From an uncultured SAR86 cluster bacterium (GTDB taxonomy: Bacteria > Pseudomonadota > Gammaproteobacteria > Magnimaribacterales > D2472): a stretch of 64,000 nucleotides of DNA. Location of the stretch: NCBI GenBank assembly GCA_902623685.1, contig CACNUQ010000001.1, forward strand, positions 51,667 to 115,666, written 5' to 3'. Both the position numbers and the translations under genes were made by a program. Below are positions 18,864 through 27,432 of the stretch, in pieces. Numbering within the stretch: the stretch's first letter is position 1; each line of letters opens with the position of its first letter. Under the pieces are notes generated by a model. The model was given only the letters and a program-made list of their open reading frames with translations, made no database searches and had not been told where the DNA came from.

Positions 18864-21065
18864 ATGGAAAACAAATGGCCTAATATTCAAACAAAAATAC
18901 ATTTTGTAATTATGGGATTGCTTGCAATTCTATTTTTTGTTCCAGCTTTTGCTGATACAAATTATGATCTTGAGACAATCGAATCTGTCAGTATCATAGG
19001 AACCTTTCAAGATCCGTCAGATGTTCCCGGATCTGTAACAGTAATTTCCAACGAAGATCTGCAAAAAGTAATTGATACAGATATCCATAAAATTCTTTCT
19101 GCAGTTCCTGGAGTTTTCTTTAGAACAGAAGATGGTTATGGTTTAAGACCAAATATCTCTATTCGAGGAACAAGTTTAGATAGATCTGGAAAAATATCTA
19201 TAATGGAAGATGGAGTATTGGTTGCACCCGCACCATATACATCTGCATCGGCATATTATTTCCCAACTACTGCAAGAATTCATGCTGTTGAAGTTCTAAA
19301 AGGACCATCTGCAATTACTCAAGGTCCTAGCACTATTGGTGGAGCTTTAAATCTTATAAGTACACCTATCCCTACTGAAGGAAAAGGTAAATTTGTCCAA
19401 GAGCTTGGTGATAATGGCATGACTAGATCTCACTTAGTTGTGGGTGGAGAGAGTGGTTCATTTGGTGGCATGGTTGAATTCCATGAACATGCTACTGATG
19501 GATTTGATTCTATTGCTAATGTAGGAGGCGACACTGGTTTTCAAAAGTCTGACATGTTAGTCAAACTTAGATATACATCAGGAGATCATCAGTTATTATT
19601 CAAGTTTCTTGACTTAGATGAGTCTTCTGAACAGACATATGTTGGCCTTTCTCAGGCAAGTTTCAATAAGAATCCAAGAATGCGTTATGGCATGACTCAG
19701 TACGACATGATGGATAATGATGGAGAGCAGGAATCCATCACATATAAAGGGTCTTTTGGTAATTTTGATGTTATTTTTACATCGTTTAGCAATGATTATC
19801 ACAGAGACTGGTTTAAGGTAGATAAAGCTAATAATAGCAAGACAGGCGGAGTGAGTAACAGTATAAATGGCGTTATTGAGGCAGCAAATGCTGGTAATGC
19901 AATTGCTCAAGGGATTCTTGATGGTACGCAAGCTACTGAAGTAAAGTTAAAGCATAATAATAGATTCTATGGCAATGAAGGGATCCAGTTTCAAGTATCT
20001 ACCGATATAGAAAATCATTCTATAACATTTGGTTACAGAGACTTAGAAGACTATGAAAGCAGAGATCAGGGATATGAATGTTTCCAGCAAAGAAGTAATC
20101 GAACAAATTCAGCCCTTTATGTTTGTGGTAGTGGTTTCACTGGTAGTAATAACAGATTAAGAGAAACAGAAGCTACTTCATATTTTCTTCAAGATACTAT
20201 CTCAATGGATAAACTTACCTTAACTCTAGGTTACAGATCAGAAGAGTACGACAAAGTTGAAAATAGATGGAAAGATGGGGTTAGTGGTAGTAGAAAAGTG
20301 CCAGATCCTAAATATGTTAATAAAACATCTACAGGAGATTATTCAACCTTCGGTATAGGTGCAACATATGATATGAATGAAAATCTTAAGCTTGTTGCAG
20401 GTTTCCACCAAGGAATGTCACCTGTATTTAATGGTGATGCGGAAGAAGCTGATAATATCGAATTAGGCTTTAGATATAACAAAGGCAGTACTGCTCTCGA
20501 AGTTATGTATTTCTCAAGCGATTATGCAAACTTAGTAGCAGAGTGTAAAAACTCTAATGGTGGAGACTGTGATCCTGGTGATACATTCGATGGAGGAGAA
20601 GTTGATGTTTCTGGCCTAGAAGTCGATGCATCATATATTGTTCAAGGCAATGGGGTAAGTTTTCCTATAGCTGTTACCTTCTCATCAACTGATGCTACTT
20701 TTGAAAATAGTTTCGATAGTGATTACTTTGGTGTGGTTGCATCTGGTGATGATCTTCCATATATTCCTAGTTCAGTCTTAGCACTAAGTGCAGGCTTCAT
20801 AACTGAAGATGGCTGGAGTGGATATTTGAGAATGGCTGATCATGGAAGTTCTTGTTCTACAGCTCAGTGCGGTGCTTTTGAAAATATAGATTCATACAGC
20901 TATGTAGATCTTTCTATTAGAAAGAGAGTTAGCGAAAAGTTAGATGTGTACGGCGTTTTAGAAAACGCAACAGATAATGAGGATATTGCTGCTAGAGCTC
21001 CAAAGAGTGGGGCAAGATCACAAAAACCTCAAACATTTAAAGTAGGATTTAGTTATAAGTTATAA
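18864..21065 (+). CDS. TonB-dependent iron receptor, FecA-like
   Basis: EDGYGLRPNISIRG, MEDGV..APAPY, VEVLKGP plug motifs; C-terminal beta strand; AAGGAG SD; Fur box upstream. Confidence 0.92.
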   Translation: MENKWPNIQTKIHFVIMGLLAILFFVPAFADTNYDLETIESVSIIGTFQDPSDVPGSVTVISNEDLQKVIDTDIHKILSAVPGVFFRTEDGYGLRPNISIRGTSLDRSGKISIMEDGVLVAPAPYTSASAYYFPTTARIHAVEVLKGPSAITQGPSTIGGALNLISTPIPTEGKGKFVQELGDNGMTRSHLVVGGESGSFGGMVEFHEHATDGFDSIANVGGDTGFQKSDMLVKLRYTSGDHQLLFKFLDLDESSEQTYVGLSQASFNKNPRMRYGMTQYDMMDNDGEQESITYKGSFGNFDVIFTSFSNDYHRDWFKVDKANNSKTGGVSNSINGVIEAANAGNAIAQGILDGTQATEVKLKHNNRFYGNEGIQFQVSTDIENHSITFGYRDLEDYESRDQGYECFQQRSNRTNSALYVCGSGFTGSNNRLRETEATSYFLQDTISMDKLTLTLGYRSEEYDKVENRWKDGVSGSRKVPDPKYVNKTSTGDYSTFGIGATYDMNENLKLVAGFHQGMSPVFNGDAEEADNIELGFRYNKGSTALEVMYFSSDYANLVAECKNSNGGDCDPGDTFDGGEVDVSGLEVDASYIVQGNGVSFPIAVTFSSTDATFENSFDSDYFGVVASGDDLPYIPSSVLALSAGFITEDGWSGYLRMADHGSSCSTAQCGAFENIDSYSYVDLSIRKRVSEKLDVYGVLENATDNEDIAARAPKSGARSQKPQTFKVGFSYKL

Positions 21066-21070
21066 CAGTT

Positions 21071-21282
21071 TTCTCATAGGAGGTTACCATCAAAAGTTGT
21101 GGTAGCTTTACTCCCTGAACCCTTCATTATGTTCCCTAAGACGAACACAGGGTTTACGGTAACCTCCTTTGAGGAACCTTCTCAAAAGGAGTCAATAGAA
21201 GGATAAGACTTCGATTCCCCTCATCCTGTTCTCTATTCTCATCCGATTATAGGGTTTTTATTGGCTCCTTGCGAGAGTTTTT
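21071..21282 (+). ncRNA. Candidate structured non-coding RNA: two tandem three-way-junction units
   Basis: Unit 1: AGGAGGTTACC(21078-88)/GGTAACCTCCT(21158-68). Unit 2: AAGGAGTCAATAGA(21186-99)/TTTATTGGCTCCTT(21257-70). G-U pairs favour the + strand; T-tract at 21278-82. No family recognised. Confidence 0.6.
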
Positions 21283-21300
21283 CTATTTACTTAGACAATA

Positions 21301-21328
21301 TTGCACTGCAAAAGATATCTAGTACAAT
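21301..21328 (+). promoter_or_regulatory. Sigma70-type promoter of tRNA-Ala
   Basis: TTGCAC(21301)-16 nt-TACAAT(21323), 13 nt before the tRNA. Confidence 0.6.
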
Positions 21329-21341
21329 TGTCACCTTATAT

Positions 21342-21417
21342 GGGGCTATAGCTCAGCTGGGAGAGCACCTGCTTTGCAAGCAGGGGGTCGGCGGTTCGAT
21401 CCCGCCTAGCTCCACCA
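21342..21417 (+). tRNA. tRNA-Ala (TGC)
   Basis: GGGGCTA/TAGCTCC acceptor stem with G3-U70, CCTGC-TTTGCAA-GCAGG anticodon arm, TTCGATC T-loop, CCA. Confidence 0.98.
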
Positions 21418-21421
21418 TGAG

Positions 21422-22315
21422 TTATTCAATTACCATTAAATCTTCTGCTACCTTTATATTGCCACTAAAAGTTCGTCTAGTTTCTTGAAGAATTTCATCA
21501 GGAGTTGAGCCCCAAAAAAGTATATGAGATAGCAATAAAAGTTGAGGCTTAGCTTTTGAGGCTATCTCTCCGACTTCAAGCGTTGATGTGTGATGACCTT
21601 GGTGATATTTTTGCCAATCTTTCGTTTTTTCTAGAAATCCAGCTTGAGAGTAGACTTCATGAACTAATATGTCTGCTTTATAAGCTAATTTCTCTATTGT
21701 CTTGGATGGCCCAGTATCTCCTGAAAATACAATGACTTTATCTTCTGTAGTGAATTTAAAACCGTAAGCATCATCAAAACTTCCATGCGGAACCTTAAAT
21801 GCTTCAACTTTTACATTTTCATCCTCGTATATTAATCCTTCTTCAATAGATTTAAATTTATATTTATAGCCTTTTTTATTTGATGGTTGTGTGCCAAAAA
21901 TTCTGTAATTAATGTCTTCTTCGTATGCCATAAGAATAGAACTTGCCATTTTATCTAATCCGCTTGGCCCAAATAATTTCATTTCCTTATCCCTGCCCAT
22001 AATCCATGGAGTGAGCAATAAATCTGCCAAGCCTGCAGAATGGTCAGAGTGAATATGAGTTAAAAAAGCATATTCAAGATTTTTAACAGATAATGCTTTT
22101 ATATTTCCTCCCCATTCTGGAGAGAGAGCGGCAGCACTTCTGACAACGCCTGGTCCAAAATCAACTAAGTAGGCTTGATCATTTACTATTACTGCATAAG
22201 CTGAACCTTTTCTTTCCGGATCAGGATTGGGAGTACCGGAACCCAGCACTATTAATTTAGTCGCAGCATTTAAAATGAATGGTAAGAGCAACAATGGTAA
22301 AAATAATTTTTTCAT
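21422..22315 (-). CDS. Secreted MBL-fold hydrolase, RNase Z/AtsA (arylsulfatase-like) family
   Basis: Signal peptide; LGSG.P, THIHSDH, SGDT, LVHE, HT motifs. Confidence 0.85.
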   Translation of the reverse strand: MKKLFLPLLLLPFILNAATKLIVLGSGTPNPDPERKGSAYAVIVNDQAYLVDFGPGVVRSAAALSPEWGGNIKALSVKNLEYAFLTHIHSDHSAGLADLLLTPWIMGRDKEMKLFGPSGLDKMASSILMAYEEDINYRIFGTQPSNKKGYKYKFKSIEEGLIYEDENVKVEAFKVPHGSFDDAYGFKFTTEDKVIVFSGDTGPSKTIEKLAYKADILVHEVYSQAGFLEKTKDWQKYHQGHHTSTLEVGEIASKAKPQLLLLSHILFWGSTPDEILQETRRTFSGNIKVAEDLMVIE

Positions 22316-22377
22316 ATTTGATATATCAGATTACAATTTATTAATAGATTAAATAATACAGTTAATTTGTCATAACA

Positions 22378-22854
22378 ATGCCAGAATATTTATCCATTTC
22401 TCAAATTATGCAATCAGCTGTCACTCCAGTGTTTTTGTTGGCTGGAATTGGCGCGTTGTTAAGTGTCATGACAGGAAGGCTAGGAAGGATTACTGATAGA
22501 CTAAGATATCTTCAAATTTTTATTTGTAAGGTAGATTCTGATGATAAAGAGATATTGCTTTCAAATCGCAAAAGACTTATTTCAAGAGCTAAATTTATAA
22601 ATACATCAATTTTCTTTTGTGCTCTTAGCGGATTGATTGTATGTATTGTTATTGGTTCGTTATTTGTTGGCGGCATTTATCAAATATTACTGGATGGCTT
22701 TATTTCTGTTGCATTTATTTTTTGCATGCTGTGTTTAATACTTGCCCTTATTTTTTTAATTTTTGAAATTTTGTTTGCTACAAAAACTTCTCGTAAAAAC
22801 TTACTTAAAACTGAAACAGTGATATCTAAATATCTCGATGATAGCGGGAAATAG
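22378..22854 (+). CDS. DUF2721-like membrane protein
   Basis: AVTPVFLLAGIG...RLGRI.DR.R motif, 3 TM helices. Confidence 0.75.
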   Translation: MPEYLSISQIMQSAVTPVFLLAGIGALLSVMTGRLGRITDRLRYLQIFICKVDSDDKEILLSNRKRLISRAKFINTSIFFCALSGLIVCIVIGSLFVGGIYQILLDGFISVAFIFCMLCLILALIFLIFEILFATKTSRKNLLKTETVISKYLDDSGK

Positions 22855-22857
22855 TTC

Positions 22858-23349
22858 GTGAGTTTATCTATATCACTTATTGGGATGGCAGGAGCTGGCA
22901 AGTCATCAATTGCATCTGAGCTTGCGAGTAAATTAGATTTTAAAACAATTGATTCTGATAAGATGATCGAGCAATCCCAAGACTCATCTCTTCAGGGAAT
23001 ACTCGATCTTTTGGGGTATGAAAGATTTAAGAGGATTGAAGAAGAAATTCTTTTAAGTGTCGATTTTAATAAAATTATTTTATCTACTGGCGGCAGCGCT
23101 GTTTATAGTCAAAAAGCTATGGAATATCTAATGCAGAACTCAAAAGTATTTTTTTTAGAAGTTCCATTAAACATCATTCTTGAAAGAGTTGAAAATTTTT
23201 CTCAGAGAGGATTTATAAAATCACCTGATCAGACTATTAGTGATGTTTTTGAGGAACGAGAATATTTATATAAAAAATATTGCCATCATGTAATTGACAA
23301 CTCTTTTGATGTCTCTAATGGAGTCTCTCAAATTCTAGAATTATGCTAA
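22858..23349 (+). CDS. aroK: Shikimate kinase
   Basis: GMAGAGKS Walker A, D.D, F...EE, STGGSAV, R.YLY. Confidence 0.88.
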   Translation: MSLSISLIGMAGAGKSSIASELASKLDFKTIDSDKMIEQSQDSSLQGILDLLGYERFKRIEEEILLSVDFNKIILSTGGSAVYSQKAMEYLMQNSKVFFLEVPLNIILERVENFSQRGFIKSPDQTISDVFEEREYLYKKYCHHVIDNSFDVSNGVSQILELC

Positions 23350-24162
23350 ATTTTTTATTCTCTCTAACACTCCAATTACATTAGCATATTGTCTATTTTC
23401 TCCATAGACACCAGTCACTCCAGCTAATTTCAACCTTTCATTGATTCCATTTATAACAAGTGAAAGTAAAGATGTTCTCCCAATAAAGTAAGCTTTTTTA
23501 GAGCCTATTAAAAGTGCATTAAGGTAAGCAATTGTGCCTATAACCTCGCCAATACAGTTGCATAATGCAGCTGATGTATTTTCTATAGTGTCAGCATTGG
23601 AAAATTTTGCTTTTCCAAAATTAACAGCGGTAAGATCTGGAGATAAATTTCCTATCTTATTTACCGCATCTCCAATTAGAAGATCTAGATGATTTCTTAA
23701 ACCCTTTTCCCCAAATTCATTTATCTCATGTCCTGAACCATTTTCAAATAATAAATGCCCAAGACCCTCAAGCATCCCACCGCCAACGGCAATTCCTCCG
23801 AGATGATTAAAATTGTTATTATCTACGTGGACGCATGCTGTGCCAGTTCCAGCACTTACAACAAGCGCAGGCTCATCTCTTAATTTATAGAGTTTTTTTG
23901 CACCAAGACCAATTGCATCGATTTCATTCACCTTTATAATTTTTTTTGACATCAAACTGTCATCAAGATCAGATGATTTGCCGCCTGTAACCCCAAATAC
24001 TTCAACCTTTGATATTGGAATATCAAATTTAGAAAGTATTTTTTTTATAAGATCAGTAGTTATATTTTGACTTGAAGAGGGAGTGCTGAAGAACTGAGCA
24101 GAGTTTTTAGAGAATATAGCTATATCTGTATTTGAAATTCCAAAGTCAAAGGCTGCTAGCAT
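23341..24162 (-). CDS. Type II (Fumble/CoaW-like) pantothenate kinase
   Basis: ASKHA motifs DFG.SNT, TGG, NE.DA..G, VSAGTGT, GG.AVGGG, DLL.GD, TA.NFGK. Confidence 0.8.
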   Translation of the reverse strand: MLAAFDFGISNTDIAIFSKNSAQFFSTPSSSQNITTDLIKKILSKFDIPISKVEVFGVTGGKSSDLDDSLMSKKIIKVNEIDAIGLGAKKLYKLRDEPALVVSAGTGTACVHVDNNNFNHLGGIAVGGGMLEGLGHLLFENGSGHEINEFGEKGLRNHLDLLIGDAVNKIGNLSPDLTAVNFGKAKFSNADTIENTSAALCNCIGEVIGTIAYLNALLIGSKKAYFIGRTSLLSLVINGINERLKLAGVTGVYGENRQYANVIGVLERIKNLA

Positions 24163-24365
24163 TATTTCTTAGCATCGTCTTTTACTTCTTCTGCTTTACC
24201 CTCAATAATTGTAGATCTATTTTTAAAAAAAGATTTTCTTCGACGATTTCCCCATTTGATTCTGTCATCTCGATCCATCTGTTTTTTAGACGCTCTAATT
24301 TTTCCAAGGTTCATAAAGACAAATAGTGAGAATATAGCCAGAATGCTAAAAAAAATAGCATTCAT
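24162..24365 (-). CDS. Small basic protein with N-terminal TM helix
   Basis: 67 aa; abuts both neighbours with 0-1 nt spacing. Confidence 0.65.
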   Translation of the reverse strand: MNAIFFSILAIFSLFVFMNLGKIRASKKQMDRDDRIKWGNRRRKSFFKNRSTIIEGKAEEVKDDAKK

Positions 24366-25106
24366 CTATCTGCTTCTAAGTTTCATTAGAAGTCGAAGTA
24401 TTTCAATGTATAACCATACCAAAGTGACCATCAGTGAAAAAGCTCCATACCATTCCATGTATTTTGGTAAGCCTTGTTCCGCACCTTCTTCAATAAAATC
24501 AAAGTCTAAAACAAGATTAAGCGCTGCAATTCCAACAACGAATAACGAAAATCCTATTCCAAACATTCCATTTGAGTGAATAAAACCAATGCCTGAACCA
24601 AAAAACGACATGATAAAACTGACGAGATATAAAAGAGCAATACCCATGGTTGCTGAGAAAATCATTAGTCTAAAGTTTTCTGTGGGTTTAATGATGCCAC
24701 TTTTATAACAAAATAATAAGGATGCTAGAATACCAAAAGTTAGCCCTATTGCTTGTATACCGATGCCGGGATATTGAGCTTCTGCAAATACTGTAATTCC
24801 TCCAAGAGCAATTCCCTCAAAACCTGCATAAAATGGTGCAGTGGTTCCAGCTTTTGCAGGATTTCTAAAGATTGTAACGAAAGCAAGAATTGTTCCAATG
24901 ATTAAGCCGGGCATTGCCAATGCAGGCACATTCCAACCAATAAATGCTCCACCAAAACAAAGTGATAATAAAATAGCTGTTTTATTTACAGCTCCGTCTA
25001 GAGTCATCCTCTCTGACTGAGGAACTGCACCGGTATCATCAAAATTTCTTGTAAAGGCTGGATTTCCCGATCTTCCAAAAGTATTTAAAGCAGAGTGTTT
25101 AGACAT
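24366..25106 (-). CDS. Bax inhibitor-1/YccA family membrane protein
   Basis: S.NP.F, MT..G..NKT, LDFDFIE.G, EWY.AF.L.VTLVWLY.E.LRL motifs; AGGAG SD. Confidence 0.9.
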   Translation of the reverse strand: MSKHSALNTFGRSGNPAFTRNFDDTGAVPQSERMTLDGAVNKTAILLSLCFGGAFIGWNVPALAMPGLIIGTILAFVTIFRNPAKAGTTAPFYAGFEGIALGGITVFAEAQYPGIGIQAIGLTFGILASLLFCYKSGIIKPTENFRLMIFSATMGIALLYLVSFIMSFFGSGIGFIHSNGMFGIGFSLFVVGIAALNLVLDFDFIEEGAEQGLPKYMEWYGAFSLMVTLVWLYIEILRLLMKLRSR

Positions 25107-25166
25107 AAATATTCTCCTAAAAAAGCTATTATGAATTACTTATGGGCTTAAGCACAAATTTAAAGG

Positions 25167-26204
25167 TTAAAGCTTATCTATCCAATCTGAAATAAGTTCT
25201 ATACCTGTTTCGTCTGAAAGTGCTCTTCCTGATTCTGGCATCATGATCCCTGGATCAAGTGACTTCATTCTATAAAGGAGGATTGAATCACTAGGATGAC
25301 CTGGAACTATTGAATATTTTAAATTACCACTTGCACGTCCAGCAGCAACTGGTTTTTTATAAATTCCAATTTGCTCTTTACCTCTTTCAGTATAATTTAA
25401 GTATAAGCCTGTGGTATCTGCTGAGCCACCTGGAATATGACAATGGCCACAATTAATATCAAGGTATGCCCTAGCTCTATCTTCTAGTAAAGCATTAACA
25501 TCTGCATAATTAGATATTGAGGCTGATCCAAGATTTTCATTTATCCACCCTAAAGCTGCCCAGTAAACTAATTGATTCATTTCCCCATTTTTATATTGCA
25601 CTATCTTATTCATATTTCTTGCCTTAGGTCCAATGGGAGTCATTACTTTTTTTAATTGATGGCATTCCTTACATTGGTTCTGATTTGGCGCTCGATATCT
25701 TATATTAATAATTTCTCCTGACGAGTTTATGAATCTAGTAGGAATTGTTGCACCAGCAATCGCTCTTTTCGCATCTGTTTGATCCTCATTCCAAACATAG
25801 CTTATTGCCTCCCAGCCATCGTTGGTATTAATTAATAGGCGAGTCTCTAGTAATTCTGCTGCCATTGGACCATTCTTATTAAGATATGCAAAAGTTTTAA
25901 TAAGAACTGAGCCAACCGGGAAAATAAAAACTTTATTTTTTACATAGCCAATTTTTTCTCCTTTAGGTACGTATACAAAACGAAGCTTATCAGTCTCATC
26001 TGAAAATAATGCACTTTTTAAAGAGTATGGGTGAACATCTTCTACAGGTATTTGATTTTTTAAATCTTTAAAAAAACCATATTGTGATAAAAATTTAGGT
26101 GTATTTAAAAAATTTTCAAAATCGTAATCGCTTATGTTTTGAGACTTAGATTCAAAACAAATGAATAAAGTAATTAATAAGGATATTTTTTTAAAAAGTT
26201 TCAT
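25167..26204 (-). CDS. SO2930/HNE_0200-like diheme c-type cytochrome
   Basis: Two CxxCH motifs (CKECH, CGHCH), LFSD..K.RF, FPVG..L.KTF, ETRLL, MMPE.GR; signal peptide from ATG 26204 (track start 26222). Confidence 0.85.
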   Translation of the reverse strand: MKLFKKISLLITLFICFESKSQNISDYDFENFLNTPKFLSQYGFFKDLKNQIPVEDVHPYSLKSALFSDETDKLRFVYVPKGEKIGYVKNKVFIFPVGSVLIKTFAYLNKNGPMAAELLETRLLINTNDGWEAISYVWNEDQTDAKRAIAGATIPTRFINSSGEIINIRYRAPNQNQCKECHQLKKVMTPIGPKARNMNKIVQYKNGEMNQLVYWAALGWINENLGSASISNYADVNALLEDRARAYLDINCGHCHIPGGSADTTGLYLNYTERGKEQIGIYKKPVAAGRASGNLKYSIVPGHPSDSILLYRMKSLDPGIMMPESGRALSDETGIELISDWIDKL

Positions 26205-27432
26205 CAAACTCAACCTTTTCAAGTGGAGTTATCTCTCCATCAAATTCATTAATATCTAAAATAGCTGGCTCAAAAAAGGGGAGCATATAACCAATTGGTT
26301 TTATAGCTAGCATTGTTGCATCACCATTGTTAGTAATGATCATTTTTTCGTTTTCGGGTTGACCAAAAACAAGTTGGGACAATGGCAACAAGCCATCCCA
26401 GAAAATATCCGGCATGTCACCACCGGACAAATCAAATAGTATTTGAGCTAGCTCTCCCTTGCTAGTATCAGGATTATATCCAGTTGGGCCGAATTTATTT
26501 CCATGAATTTGAACTGATTTTGGGTGGGGGTAATAAGCTTGATCATCTGTATCATTTCCATAAGTTACTACGGCAATATTTACAGTATCATTCTCTCCAA
26601 TTTCATTATCAAAAATTTCAACATCAGAATTTGCTTGGATTATTATTCCAGTGCCTCTAGGGACTTCCCCCACAATATTTCCTTCGGGTGCAAAGTTGTC
26701 AGTATTGTTACCAACTGAACGATTCTTAAATACACGCACATGATGTCCGCCCTGTTGTGGCAAACCAGGTAAATCAAAAACTAATATTCCACCAGTATTA
26801 TTGGTTGCGATATTATTATAAACATCTGCAAAATATGAATTTTCAATTTCAATACCAGCAACATTAAATTCAGCTCTACTATTTCTAACAATTATGTTCT
26901 GAGATTGGCCAACATATATTCCTGCATCAGATGCGCCTATCGCAATACAACCGTCTATTAAAACATTCTTAGATTCGACCGGATATAGCCCATAAGCTCC
27001 ATTATCTGAACTGGGCCCATTAGTCCATTCAGTTTTCACTCGTAAGAATTTTATATTTGTAACGCCTTTTACTTTTATTGCATCACCTTTAGCATTTTGA
27101 ATAGCAAGATCCTGAAGTGTTACATTATCTGAGGTAACACTGAGTCCTTGAGCGCCGCTGAGCTGATTGCTGAAGTCGAGGATTGTTTGTGACATACCTT
27201 CTCCTTCAATTTGTACTCCTGCTACATCAAGTGAAAGAGAGTCTTCCAGACTAAAGACCCCTGCAGAGAGTCTTATGATATCTCCAGGCTCTGCAAGAAT
27301 TAAAGCTTCTTGGATTTCTTGATAAGAATTTTCAGAAGGTTTAATTACTTGAACTGCAGCAAATATAGGGACACTTACAAAAAGTGACGCTATTATAAAA
27401 AATTGATTAGATAACCTGAGGAATTTCACCAA
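26191..27432 (-). CDS. Secreted parallel beta-helix repeat protein (usual partner of the SO2930-type cytochrome)
   Basis: NGAYGLYPV, GASDAGIYVGQS, NVAGIEIENS, NNTGGILVFDLP, NFAP.GNIV; signal peptide. Confidence 0.87.
   Translation of the reverse strand: MVKFLRLSNQFFIIASLFVSVPIFAAVQVIKPSENSYQEIQEALILAEPGDIIRLSAGVFSLEDSLSLDVAGVQIEGEGMSQTILDFSNQLSGAQGLSVTSDNVTLQDLAIQNAKGDAIKVKGVTNIKFLRVKTEWTNGPSSDNGAYGLYPVESKNVLIDGCIAIGASDAGIYVGQSQNIIVRNSRAEFNVAGIEIENSYFADVYNNIATNNTGGILVFDLPGLPQQGGHHVRVFKNRSVGNNTDNFAPEGNIVGEVPRGTGIIIQANSDVEIFDNEIGENDTVNIAVVTYGNDTDDQAYYPHPKSVQIHGNKFGPTGYNPDTSKGELAQILFDLSGGDMPDIFWDGLLPLSQLVFGQPENEKMIITNNGDATMLAIKPIGYMLPFFEPAILDINEFDGEITPLEKVEFDETF

Noticed and set aside
21071-21282. 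Minus-strand reading as a CsrB/Rsm-type sponge (several GGA motifs, one CAGGATG) or a hammerhead ribozyme (GATGAG...CGAA)
   Set aside because: Stem wobble pairs are G-U on the + strand and would be A-C mismatches on the minus strand; the hammerhead core CUGAUGA/GAAA is not matched exactly.
21261-21488. 75-aa track ORF across tRNA-Ala
   Set aside because: It overlaps a perfect tRNA and its promoter; shadow ORF.
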